A stretch of 64,000 bases of DNA from Candidatus Cloacimonadales bacterium (GTDB taxonomy: Bacteria > Cloacimonadota > Cloacimonadia > Cloacimonadales > JAIOQZ01), in contig CAXXTU010000002.1 in assembly GCA_963662655.2 (NCBI GenBank), positions 1,856,001-1,920,000 on the forward strand, read 5' to 3'. The notes below the pieces were generated by a model. That model had not been told where the DNA came from and ran no database searches. It saw only the letters and a program-made list of their open reading frames with translations. Below are positions 1 to 10,605 of this stretch, one piece after another; within the stretch, counting starts at the first letter, position 1, and each line of letters begins with the position of its first letter. The position numbers and the translations under genes are program-made.

Positions 1-2860
1 CAAGATACTGTCCGTTATGCTCGATCGTATCCACGAGGTCACCGGCAAGGGTGAAGATGCGGATCGTACAGCGTTCCGGAATATTCACGAACCAGATACG
101 GCGGCTCTTGTCACCCTTCGGGTCGTTTTCGCGACGACCGTCGTAGTTGCTCAAGCCGAGATAAGGGTTCGGGGCAACATAGATGTTGTCCATATTGCTT
201 CTTCCGCGTGGGCCCGGGAAGAACACCTGCATATTCGCGTCTTTACTTGATTCGAGCGCGAGAAGTTCGTTTGAAGGCATGCCGCGGTCAAACGCCGTAA
301 CGGAGACGTACAACTCAACACCCTTCTGCGGAGTGCTCACCGTGTAGGTGTAGTATTTTCTTGCAAGGCGATCAATCGCTTTCTCAGTGAAATCCGGTTC
401 GTCTTGATAGAACTGGCCCAAGTGGCCATCGATCGTAATGAGACGGTCGTCAACGAGCTTAAGGTAGATGTTCGCCGACATGTCGGGATTTCTGAATATC
501 AATTGTTCGTTCTCGAAGATGCTGTAGCTTGGATTGTATTTCGGGTTCACGTTCAGGTTATCGATATCGCTGAGCATCGAGTCAACCAGTGTCTTACGCA
601 CGATGTTAGCATCGTAAATCGGCAAGCCGTAAAGGTAATCGCCGATTTCAAACGGAACCAGTTCATACTGGTCGTTCAAGCGATAGTATTTTGAGTTCTC
701 TTCGTAATTCTCTGCTGTTACGACCGGGGCCGGTTGACCGGACATTTCACCATTATATGGTAGACCGACATCTTTTCCAAGCTCGCCGCCAAAGTTCCAG
801 TAGTTGGCGCTCGGTAGGTCGATGGTGCAATTATAATCGAGATGATCCTGATCGGTATCGATCTTATCCCACTTGTGATGAAGCATCCAGTATTCCTGGG
901 AACCTCTACCCGAGCGAGTCCACACCGAGTATCCCTGGAAGTCGTGCCGGAGGCGTTTTGCGGTAATCGGATCCACGATCGATTCGGGATTGTATTCGGG
1001 AAGGGACTCAGCGTTTGGATCGTAGCTTGGAAGTTCGGGTTTTGTGCTCTGGTAACCGATCTTGCCTTTACTTACGGCTTTCTCATCGTAGGTGAATTCC
1101 GAGCGGTTGTCCCAGAAGATGTTCACTTTATCGCCAGAGTCGGTCATTTCAGCGTACATGCTTGGAATTTCAGGTGGCTCCGGTGGATTGTAGTGCGGGA
1201 AAGTATCCGGCAGCACAGCGGTCGTAAGCGACTGAGCATCGCCGTAGATTTCTTTGGCCCATTCCGCGGTTTGTTTGAGTTCTTCAACGGACTCGCCCGG
1301 GAACACGGCGATAACGATCTTCATTGTTTTATAAGGTCTGAGGTTCCAGGATGTCTCGGATTCCTCATCCTCGAAGCCCTGGCCGTCGCCGGAAAAGGCA
1401 AACAGATATCTCGTGTCGTCCGGATCGGACATCTGGCTTTCCGGGAAGTCGCGCAACGAGATATATTTCGACGGGTCGGGATTCAAGCCTGTCAGCAACC
1501 AGTACTTCTCGTTTGAAGTCGGGCTGCCAGAAGGCGTGAGGTCTCTTGGGTGCGTGTCATCCGGGCCATCCCCACGATTCCAGTACCAGCAGGAGTAGTT
1601 CAGGGAATCAGGATCGGGAATCGGCGTACACACGCGTGATCCAACGTATCCGGTCGTAAGACCCTGATCCTGGTCGGCATCGTATGTGTATGCGAATTCG
1701 TATCCTGGTCCCGGAACGTAACTACTGACGTCGTCCATCGAGCGTTCGTCCGCGCCCCATGATTGCGGTCCGACATCCGAGTCCATATAGATACCCATTG
1801 CGCAGTCGTAAAGAATATCGTTTGCATTCATGTTCGTGATATCGAATTCGATGTACACGAGGTTCTTGATATAGTCATAGCTCCACTGATAACTCATCTG
1901 ACGAATCATTACGCCAATGGGGTAGTGGTCGTAGCTACTTTTCCGACTTCCGAACTTACGTTCAACACCCGTTTTGAAGGGGCTGTAATCGTAGTAATAA
2001 GCAATGTAGTCCTGTTCGGACATCGGGTAACCGTCTTCGTCATCGAGGCCATCGATATCGTCGTCATTTTCTTTCGAGAAACAAAAGCTGATGGAATTCT
2101 GGTTTCTGGCTTCACTCAGATCAACGAAACCGAGCGGAAACCAGAGTTCATCGTCAACCGCATCCAGGATATATTGAGCATCGGCGTCCTTCAGGTATTC
2201 TCCGCCAATCTGAGCAACCACATCGGGGAGCTCGTCTGCGGAGCGCATCGGGAAACCGAATCCAACTGGATCTTCGTCGATTCTACCATCGCCATCGTCA
2301 TCGACACCGGCGCGATGGTTCCAGATGGAAGCCGTCATCACGGTATCGAAGAGGTTGAATTCACTAAAGGTTGTACCCAGCGCATTATCCTCGGAGGGAT
2401 TGAATGCGGGTAAGAATTCCATCAGGTCGTCGTCACCGTCGAAACCGACCGTCACAAGCGTATCGACAACGGGATTCATTTCCGATGTCCACTCCGGATC
2501 GTCTTCCGTACAGTAGTCCGATTCATCTTCAGGCGGGTTGTGTACCCAGTAAAGTATTTTATTTTCCTGATTCCTTCTGATCTTTTTCGCTCCAAACCAC
2601 AAAGCGCCCTGATACAGGTAATCGATACCGCTACCACCCGGATATTCGAGCGAGGGCCATTGTGGTGTTACATCGTCGCCGGAACCAAAGAAACCATAGT
2701 TACTCACGCGCAGCCAAATATTACCTACTTTGTGTATCCTGTCTTCGAGGTCCAGCTTCTTGGTTTTTTCCATATCCACATTGGAACGTCCCATCAAAGC
2801 GACAGAAACCATCGTGAAGACGAATATCAAGATAATCGCTGCTGTTTTTCGTGATCTCAT
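1..2860 (-). CDS. Large secreted acidic protein (>950 aa, 3' end beyond window) with DxDGDG-type Ca-binding motifs and a 'VAPNPY...IRIFTLAGDLV' C-terminal sorting-type domain
   Basis: Not in ORF track (no stop in window). ATG at 2860 after GGAGGAG. Manual translation at several points stays in one frame: MRSRKTAAIILIFVFTMVSVALMG (signal peptide), VGNIWLRVSNYGFFG, DDDGDGRIDED, YVSVTAFDRG, IYVAPNPYLG, IWFVNIPERCTIRIFTLAGDLV. Spot-checked, not every codon read. Confidence 0.85.
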   Translation of the reverse strand, partial: MRSRKTAAIILIFVFTMVSVALMGRSNVDMEKTKKLDLEDRIHKVGNIWLRVSNYGFFGSGDDVTPQWPSLEYPGGSGIDYLYQGALWFGAKKIRRNQENKILYWVHNPPEDESDYCTEDDPEWTSEMNPVVDTLVTVGFDGDDDLMEFLPAFNPSEDNALGTTFSEFNLFDTVMTASIWNHRAGVDDDGDGRIDEDPVGFGFPMRSADELPDVVAQIGGEYLKDADAQYILDAVDDELWFPLGFVDLSEARNQNSISFCFSKENDDDIDGLDDEDGYPMSEQDYIAYYYDYSPFKTGVERKFGSRKSSYDHYPIGVMIRQMSYQWSYDYIKNLVYIEFDITNMNANDILYDCAMGIYMDSDVGPQSWGADERSMDDVSSYVPGPGYEFAYTYDADQDQGLTTGYVGSRVCTPIPDPDSLNYSCWYWNRGDGPDDTHPRDLTPSGSPTSNEKYWLLTGLNPDPSKYISLRDFPESQMSDPDDTRYLFAFSGDGQGFEDEESETSWNLRPYKTMKIVIAVFPGESVEELKQTAEWAKEIYGDAQSLTTAVLPDTFPHYNPPEPPEIPSMYAEMTDSGDKVNIFWDNRSEFTYDEKAVSKGKIGYQSTKPELPSYDPNAESLPEYNPESIVDPITAKRLRHDFQGYSVWTRSGRGSQEYWMLHHKWDKIDTDQDHLDYNCTIDLPSANYWNFGGELGKDVGLPYNGEMSGQPAPVVTAENYEENSKYYRLNDQYELVPFEIGDYLYGLPIYDANIVRKTLVDSMLSDIDNLNVNPKYNPSYSIFENEQLIFRNPDMSANIYLKLVDDRLITIDGHLGQFYQDEPDFTEKAIDRLARKYYTYTVSTPQKGVELYVSVTAFDRGMPSNELLALESSKDANMQVFFPGPRGRSNMDNIYVAPNPYLGLSNYDGRRENDPKGDKSRRIWFVNIPERCTIRIFTLAGDLVDTIEHNGQYL

Positions 2861-2910
2861 GTAAACTCCTCCAACACTCCTTGATTTGTTTATCTCACTT
2901 ATCGAACGTG

Positions 2911-3558
2911 TTAATCAAGTCCGAAACCGACCGGGAACTGCACCCAAACCGCAACCGGCTTGCCGCCGCTTTGCGCGGGCTTGAATTCCCACTGTTTAAC
3001 AGCGTTGACCGCAGCTTCGTCCAACCCATCAGGACCCGGCATCAACGAGTGCAAAACGTTGATCGCGCCGACGGATCCATCAATCAGGACTTCAACTTCA
3101 AGTACAACATCGCCGGTGATATTCATTCTTTTCGCAAAGTCGGAATACACTGGCTTGATCTGTTTGATAGGCACTGGCGGGTCTTCGTAGAAAACGAACT
3201 TCGGTGTCGTTCCGATCTCATTCGAGTTTGTTACGATTTCCTCTTCATAGACGTCCAGCTCCGTTTTTTCGATGGTATCGATGATCTCGATATCTTCATC
3301 ATCATCACTCAGATCATCTTCAATGACAATGTCGATTACGGGTTTCACCTGTTGCTCAGGCGGCTTGATTTCTTCTCTGATTTCCGGTATTTCTTCCAGC
3401 TTGGTCACTTCGAGTATTTTACGTTCGTAGGGTTTCACTTCGATCTTGGGTGAGACCATGAACGAAAACAGCAACAGAAGTATGGCAAGGCTCATGGCCT
3501 TATCATAATAACTGCTGGCAATATCTTTCCAATCTTGAGTTCTTTTATGTTGATTCAT
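2911..3558 (-). CDS. tonB: Energy transducer TonB
   Basis: N-terminal TM helix, acidic linker, TonB_C domain (PVYSDFAKR...GDVVLEVEV...DEAAVNAVKQWEFKPA...GKPV); follows exbBDD. Confidence 0.92.
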   Translation of the reverse strand: MNQHKRTQDWKDIASSYYDKAMSLAILLLLFSFMVSPKIEVKPYERKILEVTKLEEIPEIREEIKPPEQQVKPVIDIVIEDDLSDDDEDIEIIDTIEKTELDVYEEEIVTNSNEIGTTPKFVFYEDPPVPIKQIKPVYSDFAKRMNITGDVVLEVEVLIDGSVGAINVLHSLMPGPDGLDEAAVNAVKQWEFKPAQSGGKPVAVWVQFPVGFGLD

Positions 3559-3564
3559 GGCGTC

Positions 3565-3996
3565 CTACCTTCTCAACTTCGCTTCGAACGAGACGCGTAA
3601 CGCTTCCACTTGCCGCAGCTGTTGCATGATGTCGTGCATGGTGCGGTACTCGGTGTTTTCGTCTGCCCGGAAACAGGTTATAAGATTTGGATCTGCCATA
3701 CGCTTGTTACCCATTATCGTAGCCACCTTGTAAAGTTCGGCGTACTGGATGGGATAATCGTCGATCGAGATCAGGTTGTTTTTATCAACATAGATCGTTG
3801 CGGCATGCTTTCTTGGGATTTTACCCCGTTCAAGTATCTCCTTGCTCGCTTTCGGCATGGTGATATACTTCAAGCCTCTTTCTTTAACGAACACAGTTGA
3901 AACCATGAAGAATACCAGAAGCAGGAACGCAATGTCCGACATGGATGACGTCGGTATCTGACATACCGGCTTATTCGATTTTTTTATCTTCGCCAT
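3565..3996 (-). CDS. exbD: Biopolymer transporter ExbD
   Basis: SMSDIAFLLLVFFMV TM motif; RAD..Y motif. Confidence 0.92.
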   Translation of the reverse strand: MAKIKKSNKPVCQIPTSSMSDIAFLLLVFFMVSTVFVKERGLKYITMPKASKEILERGKIPRKHAATIYVDKNNLISIDDYPIQYAELYKVATIMGNKRMADPNLITCFRADENTEYRTMHDIMQQLRQVEALRVSFEAKLRR

Positions 3997-4008
3997 ACCA
4001 TATCTCCT

Positions 4009-4425
4009 TTAGTTCAACGCGTTCGTCGAAAGCGATATCTTCTCGGCGCCGGCAAGCTTGATCTCCTCAAGCACCTCAACCATGAATCTGTATCTCGACA
4101 AACGATCCGTGCGCAGCGAAATAACCATGTCCGGGTTGTCCCGAATCACGTCTTCCACTTTCTTACGAATTTCCGATACCGGGGTTTCAACTTCATCGAT
4201 CGTGACAACACCGTTCTGCGCGACATAGATGCGGGTAATGTTTTCGTCTTTCAGCTTAACGCGCTTGTCTGCCTGCTCGGAAGCTGCAGGAAGGACGAGA
4301 CCTAGCCCCTTCTTGATGTCAAACTTGGTTGTCGTCAAAAAGAACACAAGAAGAAGGAAAGCAATGTCCGACATCGATGACGTTGGTATCGCATCAAGAG
4401 ACCGTTCCTTCTTTTTACGTATCAT
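4009..4425 (-). CDS. exbD: Biopolymer transporter ExbD
   Basis: SMSDIAFLLLVFFL TM motif; second paralog. Confidence 0.92.
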   Translation of the reverse strand: MIRKKKERSLDAIPTSSMSDIAFLLLVFFLTTTKFDIKKGLGLVLPAASEQADKRVKLKDENITRIYVAQNGVVTIDEVETPVSEIRKKVEDVIRDNPDMVISLRTDRLSRYRFMVEVLEEIKLAGAEKISLSTNALN

Positions 4426-5283
4426 TTATGCCCCCTGGTTCTTCTCAACCAATACTTCGATGAGTTTTTCAGAACCTTTCTGCATATCCATTACAAGGCC
4501 GTCAACCATTCCGAGGAACATGTTGTTGAAGAACTGAATAGGAATCGCGATCGCGAGACCGGCAGCGGTTGTGATAAGAGCAACCTGGATACCGGAAGCA
4601 ACGATGGTCGGTTCAACTTCGCCGGCAGCCGCGATATCCTTGAATGCACGGATCATACCGACAACGGTTCCGAAGAAACCGAACATGGGCGCGAGGTTGA
4701 TGGTTGTTGAAAGTGGGATGAATCCTTTTTCGAGGAACGCCATCTCAAGAACGCTCGCATTCTCGAGCGCTTTTTCAACGGCTTCAATGCTCTTGTCGGC
4801 TTTGAGAAGTCCCATGTGCATGATTGCTGCAACCGGGCCTTTCGCGTTTGCGCAGATATCCGCTGCTTCGTCGTACTTGCCGCTTTCAACCAGCGGAATA
4901 ACCTTATCGAGAAGATGATTCACGTTGATCTTTGCATAGCTGAGCGAAACGATTTTCCAGATAACTGTGGCAATCGCCCATATAAGCAGTACAAGCATCG
5001 GCCACATGGTGAATCCACCTTCTTTGAACAGTTGCACGAACCCACTGCCGAGCAGCAGGGTTGCAATATCTTCTATCGCAGATGTGTCACCTGCTTCTTC
5101 CTGTTCAAACGGCTGTTCTTCGACAACTTCGGCTTCCTGCGTGTCTTCTACCATCGCTCCCGTTTCGGTAGCGGTCGCTTCGGCATTTTCTTCCACGACA
5201 GCATCCTGAGCGATCAACGCAGTAACACTGAACATAAGCAACAAGCTCAGTAACGCAAGAGCTGCTATCTTGTTCCTTTTCAT
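4426..5283 (-). CDS. exbB: MotA/TolQ/ExbB proton channel protein with signal peptide and acidic N-terminal extension
   Basis: APMFGFFGTVVGMIRAF and GIQVALITTAAGLAIAIP motifs. Confidence 0.93.
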   Translation of the reverse strand: MKRNKIAALALLSLLLMFSVTALIAQDAVVEENAEATATETGAMVEDTQEAEVVEEQPFEQEEAGDTSAIEDIATLLLGSGFVQLFKEGGFTMWPMLVLLIWAIATVIWKIVSLSYAKINVNHLLDKVIPLVESGKYDEAADICANAKGPVAAIMHMGLLKADKSIEAVEKALENASVLEMAFLEKGFIPLSTTINLAPMFGFFGTVVGMIRAFKDIAAAGEVEPTIVASGIQVALITTAAGLAIAIPIQFFNNMFLGMVDGLVMDMQKGSEKLIEVLVEKNQGA

Positions 5284-5312
5284 TGGTTCTATCCTCCTAA
5301 ATCATTATTTCT

Positions 5313-8300
5313 TTAGAAATTAAACGAAATACCGAACTGGATGGAGCGACCGGTTCCGTAGTTGCCGGGGTTGTTATCGGCAAGGTCGTCCATGTAACGG
5401 ACTTCTTCATAAAGGTCAGCGTCATTGGGGGTAAGGCCGTCGTTATCCGGTTCGCCCGTAACGCTATAAACATTAATAACATTTTCGTGATCGAATATGT
5501 TATCGACATCAAGATAAACTCTGAATCCAACACCTTCATCGTTCAGGTCGATCTTCTTAGAGAGGCGGATGTCAGCGGAGTAATTCCACTCTGTACGTCC
5601 GTTATTCGGATCGAGGTCCGAGGTATCGACACTGGACTCGCTTGTTTGTTCGTATTTGGTGTAAGGCGCAGGTGAGCTCGCGTTGAACACGAACGTGTAG
5701 TTGAAGTCACCGTATGCTGAAAGAGGAACCAGCTTGTCCAGAAGCACCCAGCCCGGGAACAGAACGATGTTCAGCGGAGTGATGTAGGATTCTTCATCCT
5801 TCGCGAGGCGGAACTGGGTGTTCACGCTGAAGCTGTGACGAATATCCCAGTCGAGCGGGAATTCGCGGAGCGACTTGTTTTCGTCCTGCGTTACAGCGCC
5901 TGAGTGGTTACCGGTTGCCCAGCCAAGTCCGTAGGAAAGGGATCCCGATACGAACTCGGAGAGGGTTTTCTGCAAGTTGATGTCAACACCCCTTGCCGAG
6001 CCGTAGTCGACAGAGATGTACTTATAATATTTAACAGCCGGGTCGTCAGGGTCTGATTCCAGCTGCGTATTAACGTAGTTGTACATATTTTTGTAGTAAG
6101 CCTGGATTTCGATCACGTAGTCCTCGGAGAACTGGTGCTGCAGACCGGCCTCGTAGGTGATGGTCGCCTGAGGATCGAGCGCCGAGTTACCCACGATAAT
6201 CGTGTCGTCGCTTTCGGAAGCGTCTTCCGGGCTCTTGCTCGTGAAGATGTACTGGAACTGTGGCAACTGATACTGGTAGTTGTACACGAAGTGGAAAACG
6301 TCTTTCTCCGAGATGGGGAATGTTACGCCCAAGCGCGGAGAGACCATATACTGAAGCCTGTCGGACGACTTGAATTCCTGTTCGCGGAAGGAGCCGTCGA
6401 TCTGGCGAACTTCATAGCTCTTGCCAAGGTACCACAAGTCAAAGCGCAAACCGAGGTTCACGTGCATACCTTCCCAGCGCATCTGATCTTGAATGTAGAA
6501 GGCTGCCTGAAGCGGATCCGCCTTGTAACCGTCGCGGTCGCCGGATGCGTCGTAAGCTGCCTGAAGATATACATCTTCTTTGTAGAACTTCACGCCAACC
6601 GTGTCGTCCTCGGCGCCGTAACGGATACTATCGATAACGCCACCAACGTAATTCACAACGTAGCTTGTGAGAACATCGTCGGTGTCGTAATGGAAGGTCG
6701 TATCCTGGACCGAGCCGGGGTTATCCGCGAACAGTTGATCGAGGTAGCTGGTGAAACGACCCGGGCGGATGATCCATGGATCGTAGTTACGGTCTTTTTC
6801 AAGCCAGTGCTGCTGAACTTCGATACCGGTCTTGAATCCGTGGATATCGTTCAACTGATATTCGTAGTCGGCACGGAACTGAAGGTTTTCAGTCTTGTCA
6901 TTGAAGGTCTCCGAGTAGATGGTACCCGGAGCGGTGAAGGTAGGAACACCGGGTTCATCGGTAGAACCAACGACCGTGTATACCCATTCGCTTCCGTCGT
7001 ACATCGGCATGACATCGCCTTCTTCATCTACATAGTAATCAATGACATAGTCCTGGTTATTGTCCAGTGGCGTGAAACCGAATTTACTATAGTCGGAAAG
7101 GCTTCCCGACTGGTCATAAGCGTTAACGGGATCGTACTCGCCTTCCGGGCTGAAGTAATCCGAAGCGCTGATGCCTTTAGGGCCCTTTTCGTACGTTTTC
7201 TTGTAGTAACCAATCTTGATTTTCAAGTTGGAAGGATGTGAGGATGTGAATGTCTGGTCGAAAGTTCCGAGAACTTGCTGCTGATCCTGTTCAACTTCAA
7301 CATAATGTTTCAGCGCGTAGCGCCAACCGAATGCCCATGGTTCCGAGTGGCTGTGATCGCCGCGGTATGCCAGGGTGACGTTCGCAGTCGGGCTGAACTT
7401 GTACATCGTCTTGAAGTTGTAGTCGTAGCTTTCGTAGTTGCGATCGAAGAAATCGCGACCGTCGTAAGCGTCGTAGGTAGGATAGTCGTCGTGTTTCAGG
7501 ACGTTTCGCGTCGTTCCATCGCTGGAAGTGAAAATGAATGCGGTATTGGGATCATCGGCGTAATCGTCTTTGTAACGGCCATCATAGATATCGTAGCCGC
7601 CGTTCATGAAGAAGGTCCATTTGTTCTTGAGGATCGGACCGCCGATCATGGCCTTGAAGATATCGTTATTGATGTCCGGGCTGTGGCTGTACTCGACCTT
7701 TCCATCGTAGTCGGCCATGCTACCGGAGCGTGTAACGATATTGACAGCGCCGGATTGCGCGTTACCGTATTCAGCGGTAAGACCACCGGTCATAACCTTC
7801 ATATCGGCAACTGCGTCGAGGTCGACAGTCAATGCGCGACCGCCGTCGACAGGATCGGAAACAGCCATACCGTCAACCGACCAGGTTTGTTCGTTGGAGC
7901 GGCCGCCACGGATGTGGAGTTCGCCGCCAGTTTGTACCGCGCCGGCCTGCATCGAGACGATGTCGTCGATGTTGTCAACCGGCAATCCTTCGATGGATTC
8001 GGCCGTAATGGTCAAACCAGAACCCGCCTTATCCGCCCGAACAAGAGTTTCCTTTCTTTCTCTGACGTCGATACCGTCGATCTTAACCGCAGAGCGAATC
8101 AGGTCAAAGTTCAAGGTAGATACTTCATCCACACGGATTTCCACGCCGGTGATTGTTTGCGGGTGGTATCCCTGAGCCTGGCAGCGTATATCATACGTTC
8201 CAGGAGGGATATTGATAAGCGTGTACTTACCACCTGCATCCGTGTTGATTCCATAATCTGTCCCAATAAGGAAAACGCCGGCATACGGAACGGGTTCTTT

Positions 8301-8402
8301 GTCGTCATTTTTGACCTTACCCATCAGTTTACCGGTCGTACCTGCATAAAGCGACATACTGAGACCAAATAGTATAAGCAGTGAGATTATTGCCTTTCGC
8401 AT
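5313..8402 (-). CDS. TonB-dependent receptor with N-terminal carboxypeptidase-regulatory-like domain
   Basis: Signal peptide; GKLMGKV...YTLINIPPGTY domain; plug (HIRGGRSNE, GGLTAEYGNAQSGAVNIVTR); barrel (SPRLGVTFP); C-terminal F. Confidence 0.93.
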   Translation of the reverse strand: MRKAIISLLILFGLSMSLYAGTTGKLMGKVKNDDKEPVPYAGVFLIGTDYGINTDAGGKYTLINIPPGTYDIRCQAQGYHPQTITGVEIRVDEVSTLNFDLIRSAVKIDGIDVRERKETLVRADKAGSGLTITAESIEGLPVDNIDDIVSMQAGAVQTGGELHIRGGRSNEQTWSVDGMAVSDPVDGGRALTVDLDAVADMKVMTGGLTAEYGNAQSGAVNIVTRSGSMADYDGKVEYSHSPDINNDIFKAMIGGPILKNKWTFFMNGGYDIYDGRYKDDYADDPNTAFIFTSSDGTTRNVLKHDDYPTYDAYDGRDFFDRNYESYDYNFKTMYKFSPTANVTLAYRGDHSHSEPWAFGWRYALKHYVEVEQDQQQVLGTFDQTFTSSHPSNLKIKIGYYKKTYEKGPKGISASDYFSPEGEYDPVNAYDQSGSLSDYSKFGFTPLDNNQDYVIDYYVDEEGDVMPMYDGSEWVYTVVGSTDEPGVPTFTAPGTIYSETFNDKTENLQFRADYEYQLNDIHGFKTGIEVQQHWLEKDRNYDPWIIRPGRFTSYLDQLFADNPGSVQDTTFHYDTDDVLTSYVVNYVGGVIDSIRYGAEDDTVGVKFYKEDVYLQAAYDASGDRDGYKADPLQAAFYIQDQMRWEGMHVNLGLRFDLWYLGKSYEVRQIDGSFREQEFKSSDRLQYMVSPRLGVTFPISEKDVFHFVYNYQYQLPQFQYIFTSKSPEDASESDDTIIVGNSALDPQATITYEAGLQHQFSEDYVIEIQAYYKNMYNYVNTQLESDPDDPAVKYYKYISVDYGSARGVDINLQKTLSEFVSGSLSYGLGWATGNHSGAVTQDENKSLREFPLDWDIRHSFSVNTQFRLAKDEESYITPLNIVLFPGWVLLDKLVPLSAYGDFNYTFVFNASSPAPYTKYEQTSESSVDTSDLDPNNGRTEWNYSADIRLSKKIDLNDEGVGFRVYLDVDNIFDHENVINVYSVTGEPDNDGLTPNDADLYEEVRYMDDLADNNPGNYGTGRSIQFGISFNF

Positions 8403-8514
8403 CGAAGATCCTCCCTTTTATCTTCTCACAAATCCTTTTTTTACATTTGTCAAAAACATTCCATTTAAACGTGGATGTCAAATATTTTTTTAACTCTATC
8501 TTTATCAATTCGGG

Positions 8515-9342
8515 CTATATCCTGTTATTCCACTCCTGTTTCCCGTATTTGGTTTCTTCGAGCTCGGCCGCTAAACTCTTTTCCTCCGGTGTAATAGAGG
8601 AAACCTCACAGAATTCGGCGTCCCGCCAATTTGTCTTGAAACCGTTGACAAGGTTTCCGATAGCCTTCTCGTCAGAAATCCGTAATCCGATTGCTTTGTC
8701 AATTGATATTGTTTGTTTCTCGAGAAACCTGCGTACACGATTGCGCACGCCCTCCGAAAGATCCGGCAAAAGATCCGCCATTTCGGACTGATCGCAGTGC
8801 AGCAGTATCGAGCCATGCTGAAGAAATGTTCCGTCTTTGCGTACCTGTGCGCTGCCCACGATTTTCTTTCCTTCGCAGGAAAGCTCGAATCGAGATGTGC
8901 TCGTGAAGCAGGGGTTCGCCGTTTTACGCTGCTCGTCGGAAGAGAGCTTCCCCTTTTCCAGCTCGGCGTTCACGCCCATAAGCAGCAAGCCATCCCGAAG
9001 CGCTTCGCTGATCCGAAGATAAATCTCGGTAACGCTGCCTTCGAGCGAACCGCCGATCGGAGCTACGACCGAATAGGTGATCTCTTCTTTGTGCAGAACA
9101 GCCCGTCCGCCAGTGGGACGCCTAACAAATCCGTAACCGCGTTTTTCCAGCTCGGCGAGATCGACCTCGGAAGCAACCTTCTGATGATACCCGATCGACA
9201 ATGTCGGAGGTTCCCATCCGTAAAAACGTATGGTCGGTTCTGATTTCCCTTCGGCAACCATTCGCATGATCGCTTCATCGATCGCCATATTCATGGCGTA
9301 CCCATGGTTTCCGTCGATCAGAATCCTCCATTTCTCTTTCAT
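8515..9342 (-). CDS. Lipoate-protein ligase / octanoyltransferase (LplA/LipM family)
   Basis: NMAIDEA, RRPTGGRAVLH, GKKIVGSAQ, QHGS motifs; ATG at 9342 overlaps purM stop (ATGA). Confidence 0.9.
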   Translation of the reverse strand: MKEKWRILIDGNHGYAMNMAIDEAIMRMVAEGKSEPTIRFYGWEPPTLSIGYHQKVASEVDLAELEKRGYGFVRRPTGGRAVLHKEEITYSVVAPIGGSLEGSVTEIYLRISEALRDGLLLMGVNAELEKGKLSSDEQRKTANPCFTSTSRFELSCEGKKIVGSAQVRKDGTFLQHGSILLHCDQSEMADLLPDLSEGVRNRVRRFLEKQTISIDKAIGLRISDEKAIGNLVNGFKTNWRDAEFCEVSSITPEEKSLAAELEETKYGKQEWNNRI

Positions 9343-10364
9343 TTCAGAATCACCTTCTTCTCGCACTCGCTGGTTGACACAATCTTTCCAATCTCGAATC
9401 CATCCGTCTCGGCAAGGATTTCGTCAGCCGTATCCTTCCCGCATACGACGATGTATCCGACTCCCATGTTGAACGCACGGAACATTTCGCTCTTTTCGAT
9501 TTCACCGTTGCGACCCAGCGTCTCGAAGAGCGCCGGTATCTCCCATTTCCCTGTATCGATCTCGGCGGCGACACCATCCGGAATTACTCGCTTGAGGTTT
9601 CCCGGGATTCCCCCGCCTGTAATGTGTGCCATACCGTGAATCATGGACGGCTTCGCCCACTTCGCGAGTACCTTATAATAGGAGCGGTGTACCGCGAGCA
9701 GGGCATCCGCCACGCTCATTCCGGTTCCGGGCATCTCATCTTCGATCGCCAACCCCATCTTCTCGAACACGATCTTCCTCGCGAGCGAATAGCCGTTGGT
9801 GTGAAGGCCGGTCGACGGGAAGCCGATCACGACGTCGCCCTCCTGCATCTTTTCGCCGGTGATCAGATCGTCCTTCTCGACGATCCCCACGATGGTTCCC
9901 ACCAGATCGAAATCGTCCGTCCGGTAGATCCCGGGCATCTCGGCCATCTCACCGCCGATAAGCGCCATACCGTTTTCGCGGCAGGCGGCGGTCAATCCGA
10001 CGATGATTTTCTCGGCAATCTCGGGCACCATCTTCCCGATTCCGATGTAGTCCAGAAAGAAGAGCGGCTTGGCTCCCTGCACGAAGATGTCGTTCACGCA
10101 GTGATTGATCAGACATTGCCCCACCGTGTCGTAGCGCTTCGCCATCTGCGCCACCATCAGTTTGGTTCCCACGCCGTCCGCGCTGGAAACGAGGACGGGA
10201 GCATTCCACTGCTCGGTTTGGATTGCATAAAGTCCACCGAAGCTCCCGATGTCCGTGAGGACATTCTCGTTGAATGTCTGCCGAACAAGCGGCTTGATGC
10301 GGTTAACTGCGTTTTCGCCGGCCTCGATGTCGACACCGGCTTTGCGATAATCAAGTTTATCCAT
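9339..10364 (-). CDS. purM: Phosphoribosylformylglycinamidine cyclo-ligase (AIR synthetase)
   Basis: YRKAGVDI, DGVGTK, GGEMAEMPG, GLHTNGYSL, HITGGG, FNMGVG; AGGAG RBS before ATG 10364. Confidence 0.97.
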   Translation of the reverse strand: MDKLDYRKAGVDIEAGENAVNRIKPLVRQTFNENVLTDIGSFGGLYAIQTEQWNAPVLVSSADGVGTKLMVAQMAKRYDTVGQCLINHCVNDIFVQGAKPLFFLDYIGIGKMVPEIAEKIIVGLTAACRENGMALIGGEMAEMPGIYRTDDFDLVGTIVGIVEKDDLITGEKMQEGDVVIGFPSTGLHTNGYSLARKIVFEKMGLAIEDEMPGTGMSVADALLAVHRSYYKVLAKWAKPSMIHGMAHITGGGIPGNLKRVIPDGVAAEIDTGKWEIPALFETLGRNGEIEKSEMFRAFNMGVGYIVVCGKDTADEILAETDGFEIGKIVSTSECEKKVILK

Positions 10365-10605
10365 TATTGGCTCCTGCAAGATTTCTCATGGGTTCCGGGG
10401 GAGCATCCTCACTTGCCCGGCCGATTCCCCATAAAAAACCTCCATCACAAGTTCATCGGCCCATGAATCAATCACGCAACATCCGACAAAGTGCATGTGT
10501 GGAGGGAAGGTAGTGGAATTTCCACAAATTTATGACAGTTGGGAGAGGAAGGGTATATTCTTTTTTTTCTACGCACGAATACACTGATAAAATATCTCGT
10601 TTCAA

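Noticed and set aside
17..8372. Long plus-strand ORFs (e.g. 842-1516, 6135-7241, 7275-8372)
   Set aside because: Antisense shadows of well-supported minus-strand genes with no recognisable motifs; the same applies to similar shadows across the window
10380..10605. Possible purine or ZTP riboswitch upstream of purM
   Set aside because: Some GC-rich pairing, but I could not find the consensus on the coding strand; needs an Rfam scan
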